In this document: one piece after another, positions 1 to 12,682 of the stretch
How the letters are laid out: each line of letters begins with the position of its first letter
Numbering within the stretch: the first letter of the stretch is position 1
Assembly (NCBI GenBank): GCA_040219255.1
Contig: JAVJSW010000077.1
Span: 132,750 to 196,749 of the forward strand
Length of the DNA stretch: 64,000 nt
DNA from: Sumerlaeia bacterium
Lineage (GTDB): Bacteria > Sumerlaeota > Sumerlaeia > SLMS01 > JAHLLQ01
Direction of reading: 5' to 3'
Notes under the pieces: model-generated
The model's input: only the letters and a program-made list of their open reading frames with translations
The model's database searches: none
What the model was told of the DNA's origin: nothing
Translations under genes and position numbers: made by a program

Positions 1-149
1 AACTGATCAAGACCGGCCGGCCGGAAATGACCGCGAGCGGAGGCTATCGCGTCGTCGGCGAGGAAGAACTGGGTGCCTCGCCGATCACGGCGGTGGGCCC
101 GGGGCTGGAGAATGTTCTGGTCGTGGAGTTGATGAAATCAGCGCCGTAG
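1..149 (+). CDS. 3' end of an upstream gene (partial), likely a paralog of the carboxypeptidase-regulatory-like repeat protein that follows
   Basis: Frame 3 is open from the window edge to TAG at 147-149. The peptide ...EEELGASPITAVGPGLENVLVVELMKSAP* resembles GEPLARSEPVPVGPEEENIAVLEFLD near the end of the next gene. Confidence 0.65.
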   Translation, partial: LIKTGRPEMTASGGYRVVGEEELGASPITAVGPGLENVLVVELMKSAP

Positions 150-219
150 GCTCTTGCCAATGGATCTGGGGCAAGAATAAGAGACGAAAGTATTTTCTTT
201 AGTACTTCCTCATTGCGCC

Positions 220-247
220 GGAACTTTTTCCTGCCCATCGTTGTCCT
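220..247 (+). promoter_or_regulatory. possible ECF-sigma-type promoter (GGAACTT-N16-GTC)
   Basis: GGAACTT at 220-226 and GTC at 243-245, about 45 nt upstream of ATG 291. Matches the generic ECF -35/-10 pattern, but the motif is short. Confidence 0.35.
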
Positions 248-290
248 TCTACGAAAAACCAAGTCCTGTCTTCCATCCCGAGGTTCTTCT

Positions 291-3200
291 ATGAAAGCTC
301 GCGCGCTTGTTACCCTCCTTGTCGGTGCCGCCATTGCGGTGGCCCTCGTGGCATTTCTGGAGGTGAGGCAAGGACCGAACCCAATCTCCGATCCCCCAGG
401 ACCAACCTCGCCACCGAGAGCCGCCATTCCCGCAGAGAAAAGTCTTCCGAGCGCACCGGCCTCCGAAGCTGAGCAGGCGGGCCTGGAACTTTCCAACCCC
501 AGTTCCTCCGAGACAAACACCGCCGGGGCCGCCGACGGGGAATCGGCCGATCCCGAGGCAGGGCTCTGGACTGGGCGCGTGGTGGCGGATGGAACCGGCG
601 AAGCAGTCGCCGGGGCGCGTGTGGAATTGATCGAGTACGGCCTGCGGTCTATGGCGATCGGGCAGGAAATCCGGGTGCTTGCCAGCGCGGAGACGGATGC
701 GCAGGGGCGCTTTTCCATCCCTGACACCGGACCCGAGGACGAAACCCGGGCCATTCGAGCCTCCGCTCCGGGCTTTGCAAGTCGCATCGCCCTGCGCCGA
801 TTCGCACCCCCTGCCCTGCAAGACTTCACGGCGTTGGAGAACGTCGAAATCCGTCTGCAGGAGGCCGCCGCCGCGATATCGGGCCGCGTGGCCGACGCCG
901 ACGGCCGAGCCATCGCCGATGCCCGCGTGACCGTCACCGAGCAGGGGTCCTCCCCCCACGGCCAAACCGAGGACGTCTGGACCATGACAATGGTGCAGGT
1001 ACAAACCTCGGCCGATGGCTCCTTCCAGGTGGAGGGTCTGCCGGCGAACCAGGAATTCGCGGTTAACGCCAAGGCGAAAGGCTACGGCCCGGTGACGAAG
1101 CGCGAAGTCAAATCGGGCGAAAGCGGTCTGCTCCTGACGCTGGAGGCTGCAACCGCTTCGCTGACCGTCAAGGTGATCTCGGAAACCGGCGAACCGGTTG
1201 CTGATGCGCTCGTTGCCGTCTATCGCAGGTCGGAAGAATCCGGCTTCAACTCGGTCTTTATTGGCAAAGCCGACGCCGAAGGCATCGCCGATGTGGGAGC
1301 CGTTGTGGCGGGAGAGTTCTTCGCCTCGGCCAGCATCGAAGGCGAAGGCGACGGATCGAAGCAAGTAACGCTGGCGGACGGCGAGCACCGGGACGTGACA
1401 TTGACGCTTCCCTCTCCCGTGATGATTCGTGGCCGCGTCGTGATGGAAGAGACGAACGAAGGTGTTCCCGGAGTGGTGTTGGCCAGCCAGTCATTGAGGT
1501 CCCCCCGGGCAAGTGCCCGCACGACGACCGGGCCCGATGGCCAGTTCGAACTCAAGGTGGTTCCCAATGTCAGCCTGGGAGCGGATGGCGAGGAGAGCCA
1601 TCGCTACGCGCCTCTCTATTTCGAAACGCCGCCGGGTCTCGTTTGCTCCTACGCCAGCGATCATGGCAACGGCCCCATGGTCACGATCGGGGGCGACAAC
1701 CTGGAAAAAGAAGCCGTGATCCGGCTTAGCGCGGGGCAGGAAGTCCGCGGCGTTGTCGTCAATTCCGAGGGAACGCCCGTCGGAATGGCGAGCGTGGAGG
1801 TCTACTTCGTAGCCAACGGAGGTTCATTGGGGGGTCCGAGCAACAACAAGCGGGCCCGGACCGCGAACGACGGCACCTTCAGCATCACCTTGCCCCTGCG
1901 CTCGCAGGCGCTCTTCCTGGCGGCCGCGGAGTTCGAAGGTGCCGCGCAGTCGGGTTTGCTATCGGAGGAGGCGCTGAATAAGCCGGTTCGCCTGGAATTG
2001 AAGAAATTCGCCGCCGTCTCCGGCAGGATTTCCGGCGGCCATGGGGAGCCTCTCGAGGAAATCCGCGTCACCGCATCGCGGACGATCCGGCTGCCTCTGA
2101 TGCATTACAGCAATCAAATCAACTCTGTGAAGACAGACGGAGGCGGCTACTACTTCCTTGAGAACCTCCCCAGCGGAGATTTGGAAATCAAAGTCGATGC
2201 CCCCGGCGACCTGGCCGATCCGGCGCCCGTCGAACTGACCCTCGAACCCGGCGATCTGCGCGAGAACGTCGACTTCAAGATCGTCGCTGGCGATGTGCTC
2301 GAAGTCGTCGTTCTCGATCGCGCCACCAAGGAGCCTATCGAGGGGGTCCGGCTTCACTGGCAGACAAACGGCAATTCTTCCTGGAATCCATCGGACCAGA
2401 AAACGGACGCCGAGGGCCGCTATACCATCACCGGACTTCCGCCCGACGGCACCATCCAATGGATGTCCCTGAACCGAAACGGCTACGCCTACGAGAACGT
2501 GCGCTCCGCTTCCATGTACGACAGTCCCCTGACGATCTTCATGGACAAGCTGGGCAGGGCGACGCTACTGGCCAAGAAAGAAGACGGCACCCCCGTCCGC
2601 GCCTTCCGCTACCAACTCATTCACAACCCTGACTCCGAGCACCAATTCACCGGCCAATCGGGGCGATCCGATCCTGGCGCCGGCGAAGCCGATGTCTCCG
2701 AGCACGTCCAGACAGCGGCGGTCCGATTCATCGTTGAGGAACTGGACGAGCAAACCGGCGAACCGACCGGACTGAAGGGCTCGAAAGCCTACATCCGCGA
2801 CACGCCCACGGACGACGTGACCATCGAAGCAGTCCTCAGTGGCGGTCTGCCGATGATCGGCAAAGTGGTCCGGTACGAATCGGGCAAACAACCCGTTGCC
2901 CAGGCCACCGTCCGCATGGTCCAGCCACGTAACAACTCCCAAATGGGGCGGCAAGCTCCCGCTTTAAAGGACCCGGTCACTACGGATGCGACTGGGACAT
3001 TCCGCTTCGAGGACGTGCTGCCGGGAACCTACTTCCTGGTTGCCAAGGCCCCGGATGGCGAAGAGTCCCCCCCAACCGCCGCGACCCTCTCGGAAGAAGA
3101 CCCCGCCAAGGAAGTGGAAGTTTTGATCGGTGGAAGTGTGGTTGTCTTCGGAACCGTGACGGATGAACATGGCGACCCCATCGAAGGCGCCCGCGTCGAA

Positions 3201-4304
3201 GCTGAAAACCACAACCGGGATGGCATGCCTATCGGCCAGAACGACAGCACGGACGCCGAAGGCAAGTACCGCATCGAAGGTCTGAGAGAGGGCTGGACGA
3301 TGGTCACAATGTCTGTCCCAGACTCCAACTATCCCGAGCAAAATCAAAACTTCAACGCGGAGGTGGGGGAAGAAAGGGAACTCAACTTTGACGTCGGCCG
3401 CACCGTCCATGTTACGGGGCGGCTCACCCTCAACGGCGAGCCGCCCCGGGGCTTTCAGTGGCGCTTCGACCCCGCGGGCGAAGACACCGAAAACGACGCT
3501 GTGCTGACCCTGAACCCCGACGGCACCTATGAAACCCACGCCGAACCAGGACGCTACACGCTCTGGCGGGAGACCAATTCGAATTCGTTGATCGGCAATT
3601 TCCCGCAAGGCGTTGTCTATGTCGAAGACACCCCCGACGTACAGCAGATCGACATCGACTTGCACACCTCGCCCCTGGACGTCGTCGTGATTACCCCGCC
3701 GGGCAAGTCTTGGGCGGACATCCAGAGCGAACACGATCCCGTCATGAGCGTCGAACAGCGCTACTCCACCGGCGACTGGGGCACGGTGATCTGGGAAGCC
3801 AGCGCCGGCGAATCGCGCCGCTTGCTGGACGTGCCATCGGGCGAGTACCGGCTTTCACTTCGCGCTGGCGATGGCAACGGCGAACCGCTCGCCCGCTCCG
3901 AACCCGTTCCCGTCGGACCGGAGGAGGAAAACATCGCCGTCCTCGAATTCCTCGATGCCGAACCCCGCACCTACACCCTCACGGTCACTCTGCCCCCCGG
4001 CGACTATGAATACAAGTTCTGGCTGGAAGAAACCGACTCCTGGTTCTCCGATCCGCTCAATCCCGAGAGCAACCCCGAAGCCAACGACAACTCCATTGTC
4101 CACGTCCCCGGCGGCGCCAAGGACCCGGAAACGGGGCGCCGCGCCGACTCGCCCCAAGTCAACGACGCCACCGGCGAAGTCACCTTCCTCTTCTCCGCCC
4201 CCGCCTCGACGGCCCGCACGGCCTACCTCCGCAACAGCAGTAACAACTGGGCTCCCGCGCCCGAATTCCAGATGACTCCGGTCGAATCCCCCGGCGGTCA
4301 GTAA
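291..4304 (+). CDS. large membrane-anchored or secreted protein with tandem carboxypeptidase-regulatory-like (Cna-B-like beta-sandwich) repeats and a C-terminal CBM48/AMPK-beta-like glycogen-binding module
   Basis: ATG 291 gives an N-terminal hydrophobic anchor (MKARALVTLLVGAAIAVALVAFL). Repeated GRVxDxxGxPIxxAxV...TDxxGxFxIxGLxxGxY units. C-terminal LPPGDYEYKF...WFSDPLNP. Confidence 0.8.
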   Translation: MKARALVTLLVGAAIAVALVAFLEVRQGPNPISDPPGPTSPPRAAIPAEKSLPSAPASEAEQAGLELSNPSSSETNTAGAADGESADPEAGLWTGRVVADGTGEAVAGARVELIEYGLRSMAIGQEIRVLASAETDAQGRFSIPDTGPEDETRAIRASAPGFASRIALRRFAPPALQDFTALENVEIRLQEAAAAISGRVADADGRAIADARVTVTEQGSSPHGQTEDVWTMTMVQVQTSADGSFQVEGLPANQEFAVNAKAKGYGPVTKREVKSGESGLLLTLEAATASLTVKVISETGEPVADALVAVYRRSEESGFNSVFIGKADAEGIADVGAVVAGEFFASASIEGEGDGSKQVTLADGEHRDVTLTLPSPVMIRGRVVMEETNEGVPGVVLASQSLRSPRASARTTTGPDGQFELKVVPNVSLGADGEESHRYAPLYFETPPGLVCSYASDHGNGPMVTIGGDNLEKEAVIRLSAGQEVRGVVVNSEGTPVGMASVEVYFVANGGSLGGPSNNKRARTANDGTFSITLPLRSQALFLAAAEFEGAAQSGLLSEEALNKPVRLELKKFAAVSGRISGGHGEPLEEIRVTASRTIRLPLMHYSNQINSVKTDGGGYYFLENLPSGDLEIKVDAPGDLADPAPVELTLEPGDLRENVDFKIVAGDVLEVVVLDRATKEPIEGVRLHWQTNGNSSWNPSDQKTDAEGRYTITGLPPDGTIQWMSLNRNGYAYENVRSASMYDSPLTIFMDKLGRATLLAKKEDGTPVRAFRYQLIHNPDSEHQFTGQSGRSDPGAGEADVSEHVQTAAVRFIVEELDEQTGEPTGLKGSKAYIRDTPTDDVTIEAVLSGGLPMIGKVVRYESGKQPVAQATVRMVQPRNNSQMGRQAPALKDPVTTDATGTFRFEDVLPGTYFLVAKAPDGEESPPTAATLSEEDPAKEVEVLIGGSVVVFGTVTDEHGDPIEGARVEAENHNRDGMPIGQNDSTDAEGKYRIEGLREGWTMVTMSVPDSNYPEQNQNFNAEVGEERELNFDVGRTVHVTGRLTLNGEPPRGFQWRFDPAGEDTENDAVLTLNPDGTYETHAEPGRYTLWRETNSNSLIGNFPQGVVYVEDTPDVQQIDIDLHTSPLDVVVITPPGKSWADIQSEHDPVMSVEQRYSTGDWGTVIWEASAGESRRLLDVPSGEYRLSLRAGDGNGEPLARSEPVPVGPEEENIAVLEFLDAEPRTYTLTVTLPPGDYEYKFWLEETDSWFSDPLNPESNPEANDNSIVHVPGGAKDPETGRRADSPQVNDATGEVTFLFSAPASTARTAYLRNSSNNWAPAPEFQMTPVESPGGQ

Positions 4305-6718
4305 GCCGCCACCGGCGGCCCCGGCAGGCGCCGCGCCACAAAACGCACCACCGTGATGGGGCGGTCGTCCGCCGGGTTGTAGCCGTCGAAATCGATCCGC
4401 AGCATCGTCAGCGGTTCGGGCTGAAAGAACCAGTCCGGGTGCTCGCTCATCGGGATCGTGGCGCGCCATTGGCCCTCGCCCCCGCCTTCGGCCAGCGGCA
4501 GCGGCTCGATGCCGCCGAGGACCGAGTTGCGCTCGATGAACGGCGAATTCGCTGTCGCCCAATAAACCTGCACCGGTTGGTTTTCGAGGTCCCGCTCGCT
4601 GCGCAGCTCCACCTCCAGCACATCGAAGGTCTGCGCCAGGATCGGCTTCGGCAGCACCACTTCGAGGCCTGGCCCGATTTGCCGCATAGCGTTCAAGACA
4701 AGACCCTCGCCCCGCTTTGGCTCGGCCTGGAAACCGAGCGCTTTGCCCGACGCGAACGGCCCGCGCGCCGCATCGGCCAGAACCGTGCGCTCCTGGTCCC
4801 CATAAACCCGCTGGCGGCCGTTGGCGATGCCGCGCAGGAACGCCGACTTCCGCCCCTCCCAGGCCGCCGCCGCGGCCTCCGGATCGGCCACGCGCGCCAG
4901 CGCCGAGCGCCCATCGGGCGAGAGCCGCACCTCCAGGCGCGGGTCGTCCACGATGGCGGCCGTTTGCTCCGGCGACGACGTCACGATCCACGGCATCGGC
5001 TCCATCGCCGCCAGCACCCCCAGCGACCGCGTCGAGGGCAGGTCGCTCAGCACCAGCATCAGCTCGTCGTAACCCAAATCGATCGGCGGGTTCGGCCAGC
5101 CGTTCACCATCGGGCGCCACCGCAGCCCCGCCCGCGACGCCAGCCCGGCATAGCAATTCTGGGGGTCCGGCAGGGCTACGAACGGCTCCGCGAAGGAGGG
5201 ATCGCGCTCCGCCAACATCGTCAGCGCCGCCTGATCCTGAATCGGCGTGAAGCGCGGCACGAACTGCACGGGCCAGTGCTCCACCACCGCCAGCGCCGCC
5301 GCCCCCGCCGCCACGCCCAGCCCCACGCGCGCCCGCGCGGCGATCAGACTCGCCAGGAAAACCGCCACGGAAATGGCCGAGAAAAGCTGGAAGACGGTCG
5401 CGAAGCGCGCCGGGACTCGAAAGAACTTCAGCGGCGCCAGCAAGACCTCGTACACCACCAGGAACGGCCCCGGCCGCCAATCGCCCCAATACGGCCCCAT
5501 CGAGCATAAGAACGCGAACCCCGCCATGCCCAGCGCCAGCGCCGAAAGCCGCTCCAGCGCCCTCCACCTCCGCCGCGCCGCCAGCCACCCGAGTCGCCCC
5601 GCCTCGGCCAGCAGCAGAACCAGCAAACCGTAGCCGATGAACTGGGCGTCCTCGCCGACGGTGCGTGGCGGGGCGTCCCCGGGGGCGAAGAGTTCGCTCA
5701 ACGGCGACGTCAACCGCCCCGGCTGCCATGGCGGCGCGATCCAGCCGGCGAGGCTCGCCGAGTGAATGATGTTTTCGCTCAGGCCCCCGCGATACGCCCC
5801 CACCTTCTCCCCCGCCCGCGCGTACACCAGAAGCGTCGGCGCCATCAGAACCACCGCGATCCCCGCCGCCGCGGCCAGCGTCAACAGACCCTGGCGCGAT
5901 GGCTTTCTCCACAGCGCCAGCGGCGCCGCCACAACCCCGGCCAGCCCGCAGAACGCCGCGAACACCAGCAGGTAGAACGAACACCACAGCGCCGCCAACC
6001 CCGCCAAGCCCGCCAGCACCGCGCTCCGCCACCCCGGCCGCGCCATCACCCGCCAGCCCGCCCAGAACGCCAGCGGCAGCACGAATGTCCAGACCTGATT
6101 GATATGGCCCGCGCTGTGCCACCACCGGTCCGTATTGATCGCCATCAGCACCGCCGCCGCCGCCGCCGCCGCCCGAGGCACCGGCGTCACATCCCGCAGC
6201 ATCGCGTACATCGCCCACAGCGCCGTCCAAAGCGCCATCAACATCCCGAAATTATAGATCAACGCGAACCGATGCGTCAGCCACCACAGCGGCGTCACGA
6301 ACACCGCCGGCACCACAATCGGGTCCATGTTCGTCAACGCGTCCGCCTGCGGATAGAACGCCGGCGCGTCGAAAAACGCCCACGGCGCCCTCCACCACAC
6401 ATCCGCCGCCCAGCCCAGCAAATACCCGTTAATCACCGCGTCGCCGTAAGGCATCTTCGACGCCATCGTCCCGATTGGCGTGATGGCCTGGAACGCGATC
6501 AGCCCCACCACCGCCAGCGCCCCCAGCCACAACCAATCCGCCCGCGACCAGGCCGCCCGCGCGAGGCCCAGCCCGCAATCCACGCGAGGCGCCGCCCCTC
6601 GCTTCTCCGCTCCCTCCGCCGAATCCCGCGGAACCTCCGGGAGTTTCGCGGGCCCGGGGGCCGAGGGCGAGGCAGCGCCCCCTTTCGCCTTCGGCTTGCT
6701 TCGGCGCGGTTTCGCCAT
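4298..6718 (-). CDS. multi-pass membrane protein, GT-C-fold/YfhO-like glycosyltransferase with a C-terminal soluble beta-domain
   Basis: About 11-13 hydrophobic segments. GDAVINGYLLGW and FFDAPAFYP after TM1; FRVPARF and PMVNGW motifs typical of this family. The start lies inside the repeat at 6630-6920; an alternative GTG start downstream is possible. Confidence 0.7.
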   Translation of the reverse strand: MAKPRRSKPKAKGGAASPSAPGPAKLPEVPRDSAEGAEKRGAAPRVDCGLGLARAAWSRADWLWLGALAVVGLIAFQAITPIGTMASKMPYGDAVINGYLLGWAADVWWRAPWAFFDAPAFYPQADALTNMDPIVVPAVFVTPLWWLTHRFALIYNFGMLMALWTALWAMYAMLRDVTPVPRAAAAAAAVLMAINTDRWWHSAGHINQVWTFVLPLAFWAGWRVMARPGWRSAVLAGLAGLAALWCSFYLLVFAAFCGLAGVVAAPLALWRKPSRQGLLTLAAAAGIAVVLMAPTLLVYARAGEKVGAYRGGLSENIIHSASLAGWIAPPWQPGRLTSPLSELFAPGDAPPRTVGEDAQFIGYGLLVLLLAEAGRLGWLAARRRWRALERLSALALGMAGFAFLCSMGPYWGDWRPGPFLVVYEVLLAPLKFFRVPARFATVFQLFSAISVAVFLASLIAARARVGLGVAAGAAALAVVEHWPVQFVPRFTPIQDQAALTMLAERDPSFAEPFVALPDPQNCYAGLASRAGLRWRPMVNGWPNPPIDLGYDELMLVLSDLPSTRSLGVLAAMEPMPWIVTSSPEQTAAIVDDPRLEVRLSPDGRSALARVADPEAAAAAWEGRKSAFLRGIANGRQRVYGDQERTVLADAARGPFASGKALGFQAEPKRGEGLVLNAMRQIGPGLEVVLPKPILAQTFDVLEVELRSERDLENQPVQVYWATANSPFIERNSVLGGIEPLPLAEGGGEGQWRATIPMSEHPDWFFQPEPLTMLRIDFDGYNPADDRPITVVRFVARRLPGPPVAAY

Positions 6719-6920
6719 CGGTGCGGTCAGCCTTACTCAGGAAATACTGTCCTCAGCTAGGCCCCAACGCCCCCACGGGCAAGAGGCTTGTTGTCCCCGC
6801 CTTCCCGATCCGCCCGATGTCCCTTTAGTGCAACAAGTGTATCTTGTCTTTTTTGCTCCCGAAGCTCCACATGAGGGGACAACCGGCCAGACCTGTGAGA
6901 GGGTCTTTTTCAGACGCCAC
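6630..6920 (-). mobile_element. MITE-like repeat, copy 1 (right terminal repeat lost or fused into the CDS)
   Basis: Reverse complement aligns with 18942-19231 over about 290 bp (roughly 85% identity by hand alignment, including exact runs of 29 and 41 nt). Begins with the same GTGGCGTCTGAAAAAG end. Confidence 0.75.
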
Positions 6921-7104
6921 CTTTCGGAACGACCATCCCATGAAATCCTCACCCCCCCCTCAATTCGTCTCCCGGATCACAAACTCCGAGCCAACCGCAC
7001 GCCCTGCTCCTTTCTTGAACCCTTGCCCCGAGCAACCAGACATCAGAGCATCGGCTCGCCTGCTCGACCCACCAAACTCTCCCGAATCACTCAGGACCGG
7101 TCCT

Positions 7105-8421
7105 ATGAAACTGCGCAGCCTTCTTCCTGCTCTTGTCTTAACTGTTTCCCTGGCACTTCCCCTCGGCGCGGAAACCGTTCTCCAAACAGACGACCCACCC
7201 ACCACTCCCATTGCTGTGCAATTTGTCCTTCCGGACAATATCACCCCCGCAGGCGGAGCCCTCCTGCGGTTTGATACCACGAACCTGAGGCCGCAAGACT
7301 CCAACTATACCGACGAATCCGGCAGCATTACCCTCCTATGGGTTGGCGAATACCAGCCATGGGGCGGACTCTTGATCAGCCACGACGAATCGAACTCCTC
7401 TGCCTTCATTCCTGTCGGACTTACCAGAGACGGCGAGTGGCCCTACAAGGATCAATCCATTCCCCTGAAACAGGACGCGCAGGTTCGTGGCTCAGTCACT
7501 CCATACACGCAGCCTGAACACGGGGATCCGCGCATGGTCGCCTATCGATACATCATTCAGGACAACGAGATCAAACCCAGGTATTCCGAATCCACCTTGA
7601 TCCATCCCGACGGAACGTGGGCTTTCGAGAATCTGGCACCAGGTTCGGTTTCCTTCAAACCCAACTATGCCTATCGAGACGAAATCATTACGACTCACGC
7701 TCCCGACTATGTATTTCAGAGCGGCGACTGGATCGATGTCTTGCCTCGAGATGACATCCGGGACGTCGTCATTCAAGTCACCGACGAACTGGAGGCCCCA
7801 CCCACGCCCTCATTCAGAGCCCCATCGACAACCAAGACCCTGCAGCATCCGCTCGTGGAAGTCACTGGCCGCTTCACGATCAATGGGGAAAAACCCGGCG
7901 CTGGAGAATACCCGAAGTTTTGGACGATGAATCTCAGGGATATCGATATTGGCAACTCCTCGTCACCCCTTTTTGGAAGAAAATCCTACCCCACCGATTT
8001 GAATGGAGGATTTCGTGCCCTGCTGGAACCCGATACCTATGCTCTTGGGCCAATCATCGGGAGCCGAACAAGACTCGGAAAGGATGCGCTTCATCCCAAA
8101 GTCTTTCGAATCCCCGATACCTCAGCTCGGCACGACCTTGGAACCATCGACTTTCCCGTGGGTTCGCTGACTGTTGTGGTGCCTCCTGGCTCCCAAGAGA
8201 TTAAAGTCGATGCCATCTCCACTCAAACCGGGCATACAGAAATGGTCGCCTACCTTTCGCCTGGGACGACAACAACTTTGTCTCCCCTGATCGCTGGGCA
8301 ATACCGCCTTTCCACAATTACCCTCTCCGCGGACCGCTTCTTCACACCCTTTTTCGAAGTCGAAAAAGGCGAGCATTTGACGGTCACCGCACCCTCTGGT
8401 CCGGATTACCACCACCCCTAG
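7105..8421 (+). CDS. secreted protein with carboxypeptidase-regulatory-like beta-sandwich repeats (short paralog of 291..4304)
   Basis: AGGA RBS, then signal peptide MKLRSLLPALVLTVSLALPLGA. LVEVTGRFTINGEKPG and GSLTVVVPPG match TVHVTGRLTLNGEPP and SPLDVVVITPPG of the upstream paralog. GC is lower than in the flanks. Confidence 0.7.
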   Translation: MKLRSLLPALVLTVSLALPLGAETVLQTDDPPTTPIAVQFVLPDNITPAGGALLRFDTTNLRPQDSNYTDESGSITLLWVGEYQPWGGLLISHDESNSSAFIPVGLTRDGEWPYKDQSIPLKQDAQVRGSVTPYTQPEHGDPRMVAYRYIIQDNEIKPRYSESTLIHPDGTWAFENLAPGSVSFKPNYAYRDEIITTHAPDYVFQSGDWIDVLPRDDIRDVVIQVTDELEAPPTPSFRAPSTTKTLQHPLVEVTGRFTINGEKPGAGEYPKFWTMNLRDIDIGNSSSPLFGRKSYPTDLNGGFRALLEPDTYALGPIIGSRTRLGKDALHPKVFRIPDTSARHDLGTIDFPVGSLTVVVPPGSQEIKVDAISTQTGHTEMVAYLSPGTTTTLSPLIAGQYRLSTITLSADRFFTPFFEVEKGEHLTVTAPSGPDYHHP

Positions 8422-8432
8422 CCATTCCCCCC

Positions 8433-8461
8433 TTGACCTCAAATCAGCATATCATGATATT
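8433..8461 (+). promoter_or_regulatory. sigma70-type promoter of metH overlapped by a SahR/SamR-like (ArsR family) operator
   Basis: TTGACC 8433-8438, 17-nt spacer, GATATT 8456-8461. AAATCAGCATATCATGATAT at 8441-8460 has an ATCA-N8-TGAT dyad. Confidence 0.5.
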
Positions 8462-8532
8462 CGAAAACGCCTTGTGCGGCGCGCCCCGCCGCCTCACCCT
8501 CTCCATCCATTCTCTCAGGAGCCCTCTCAATC

Positions 8533-12288
<3,756 letters not shown>

Positions 12289-12682
12289 CACGAGACTGGA
12301 CGGACGAAGGGGGCGGCAGAGCCTATCTGCCTCTGGATTTTCGGTTCACAAATCGAGAAGAATTTAAACCGGTCCAATTCTGAAACCGTCCCCTGGGCGG
12401 ACGGGTGAATCGGGAAGGCTCACATTTTTCTCACAGAATCCTCATTTGTCTTGTAAAACCAGGGGTTTGGACAGACATGGTTTTGTTGCAGGCAACGAAT
12501 GTCGAGGTCCTGACCAGATTTTTCCCCACTCCGACCACGGTCTCTCCTTGCGTTGGAGGCGTAACTCGTTTAGGTGAAGGGGTTCAGAGCCAGCCATTCG
12601 TGTGGGTCTTTTCCAGGGCGACTCGCCCGTGCTGGCGCTATTGAAGGTTGCGATTGATTTTCGCCTCGAAAAGGAGGCTGAC

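Noticed and set aside
8462-8532. SAM or cobalamin riboswitch upstream of metH
   Set aside because: The leader is only about 70 nt and lacks the conserved cores of either class.
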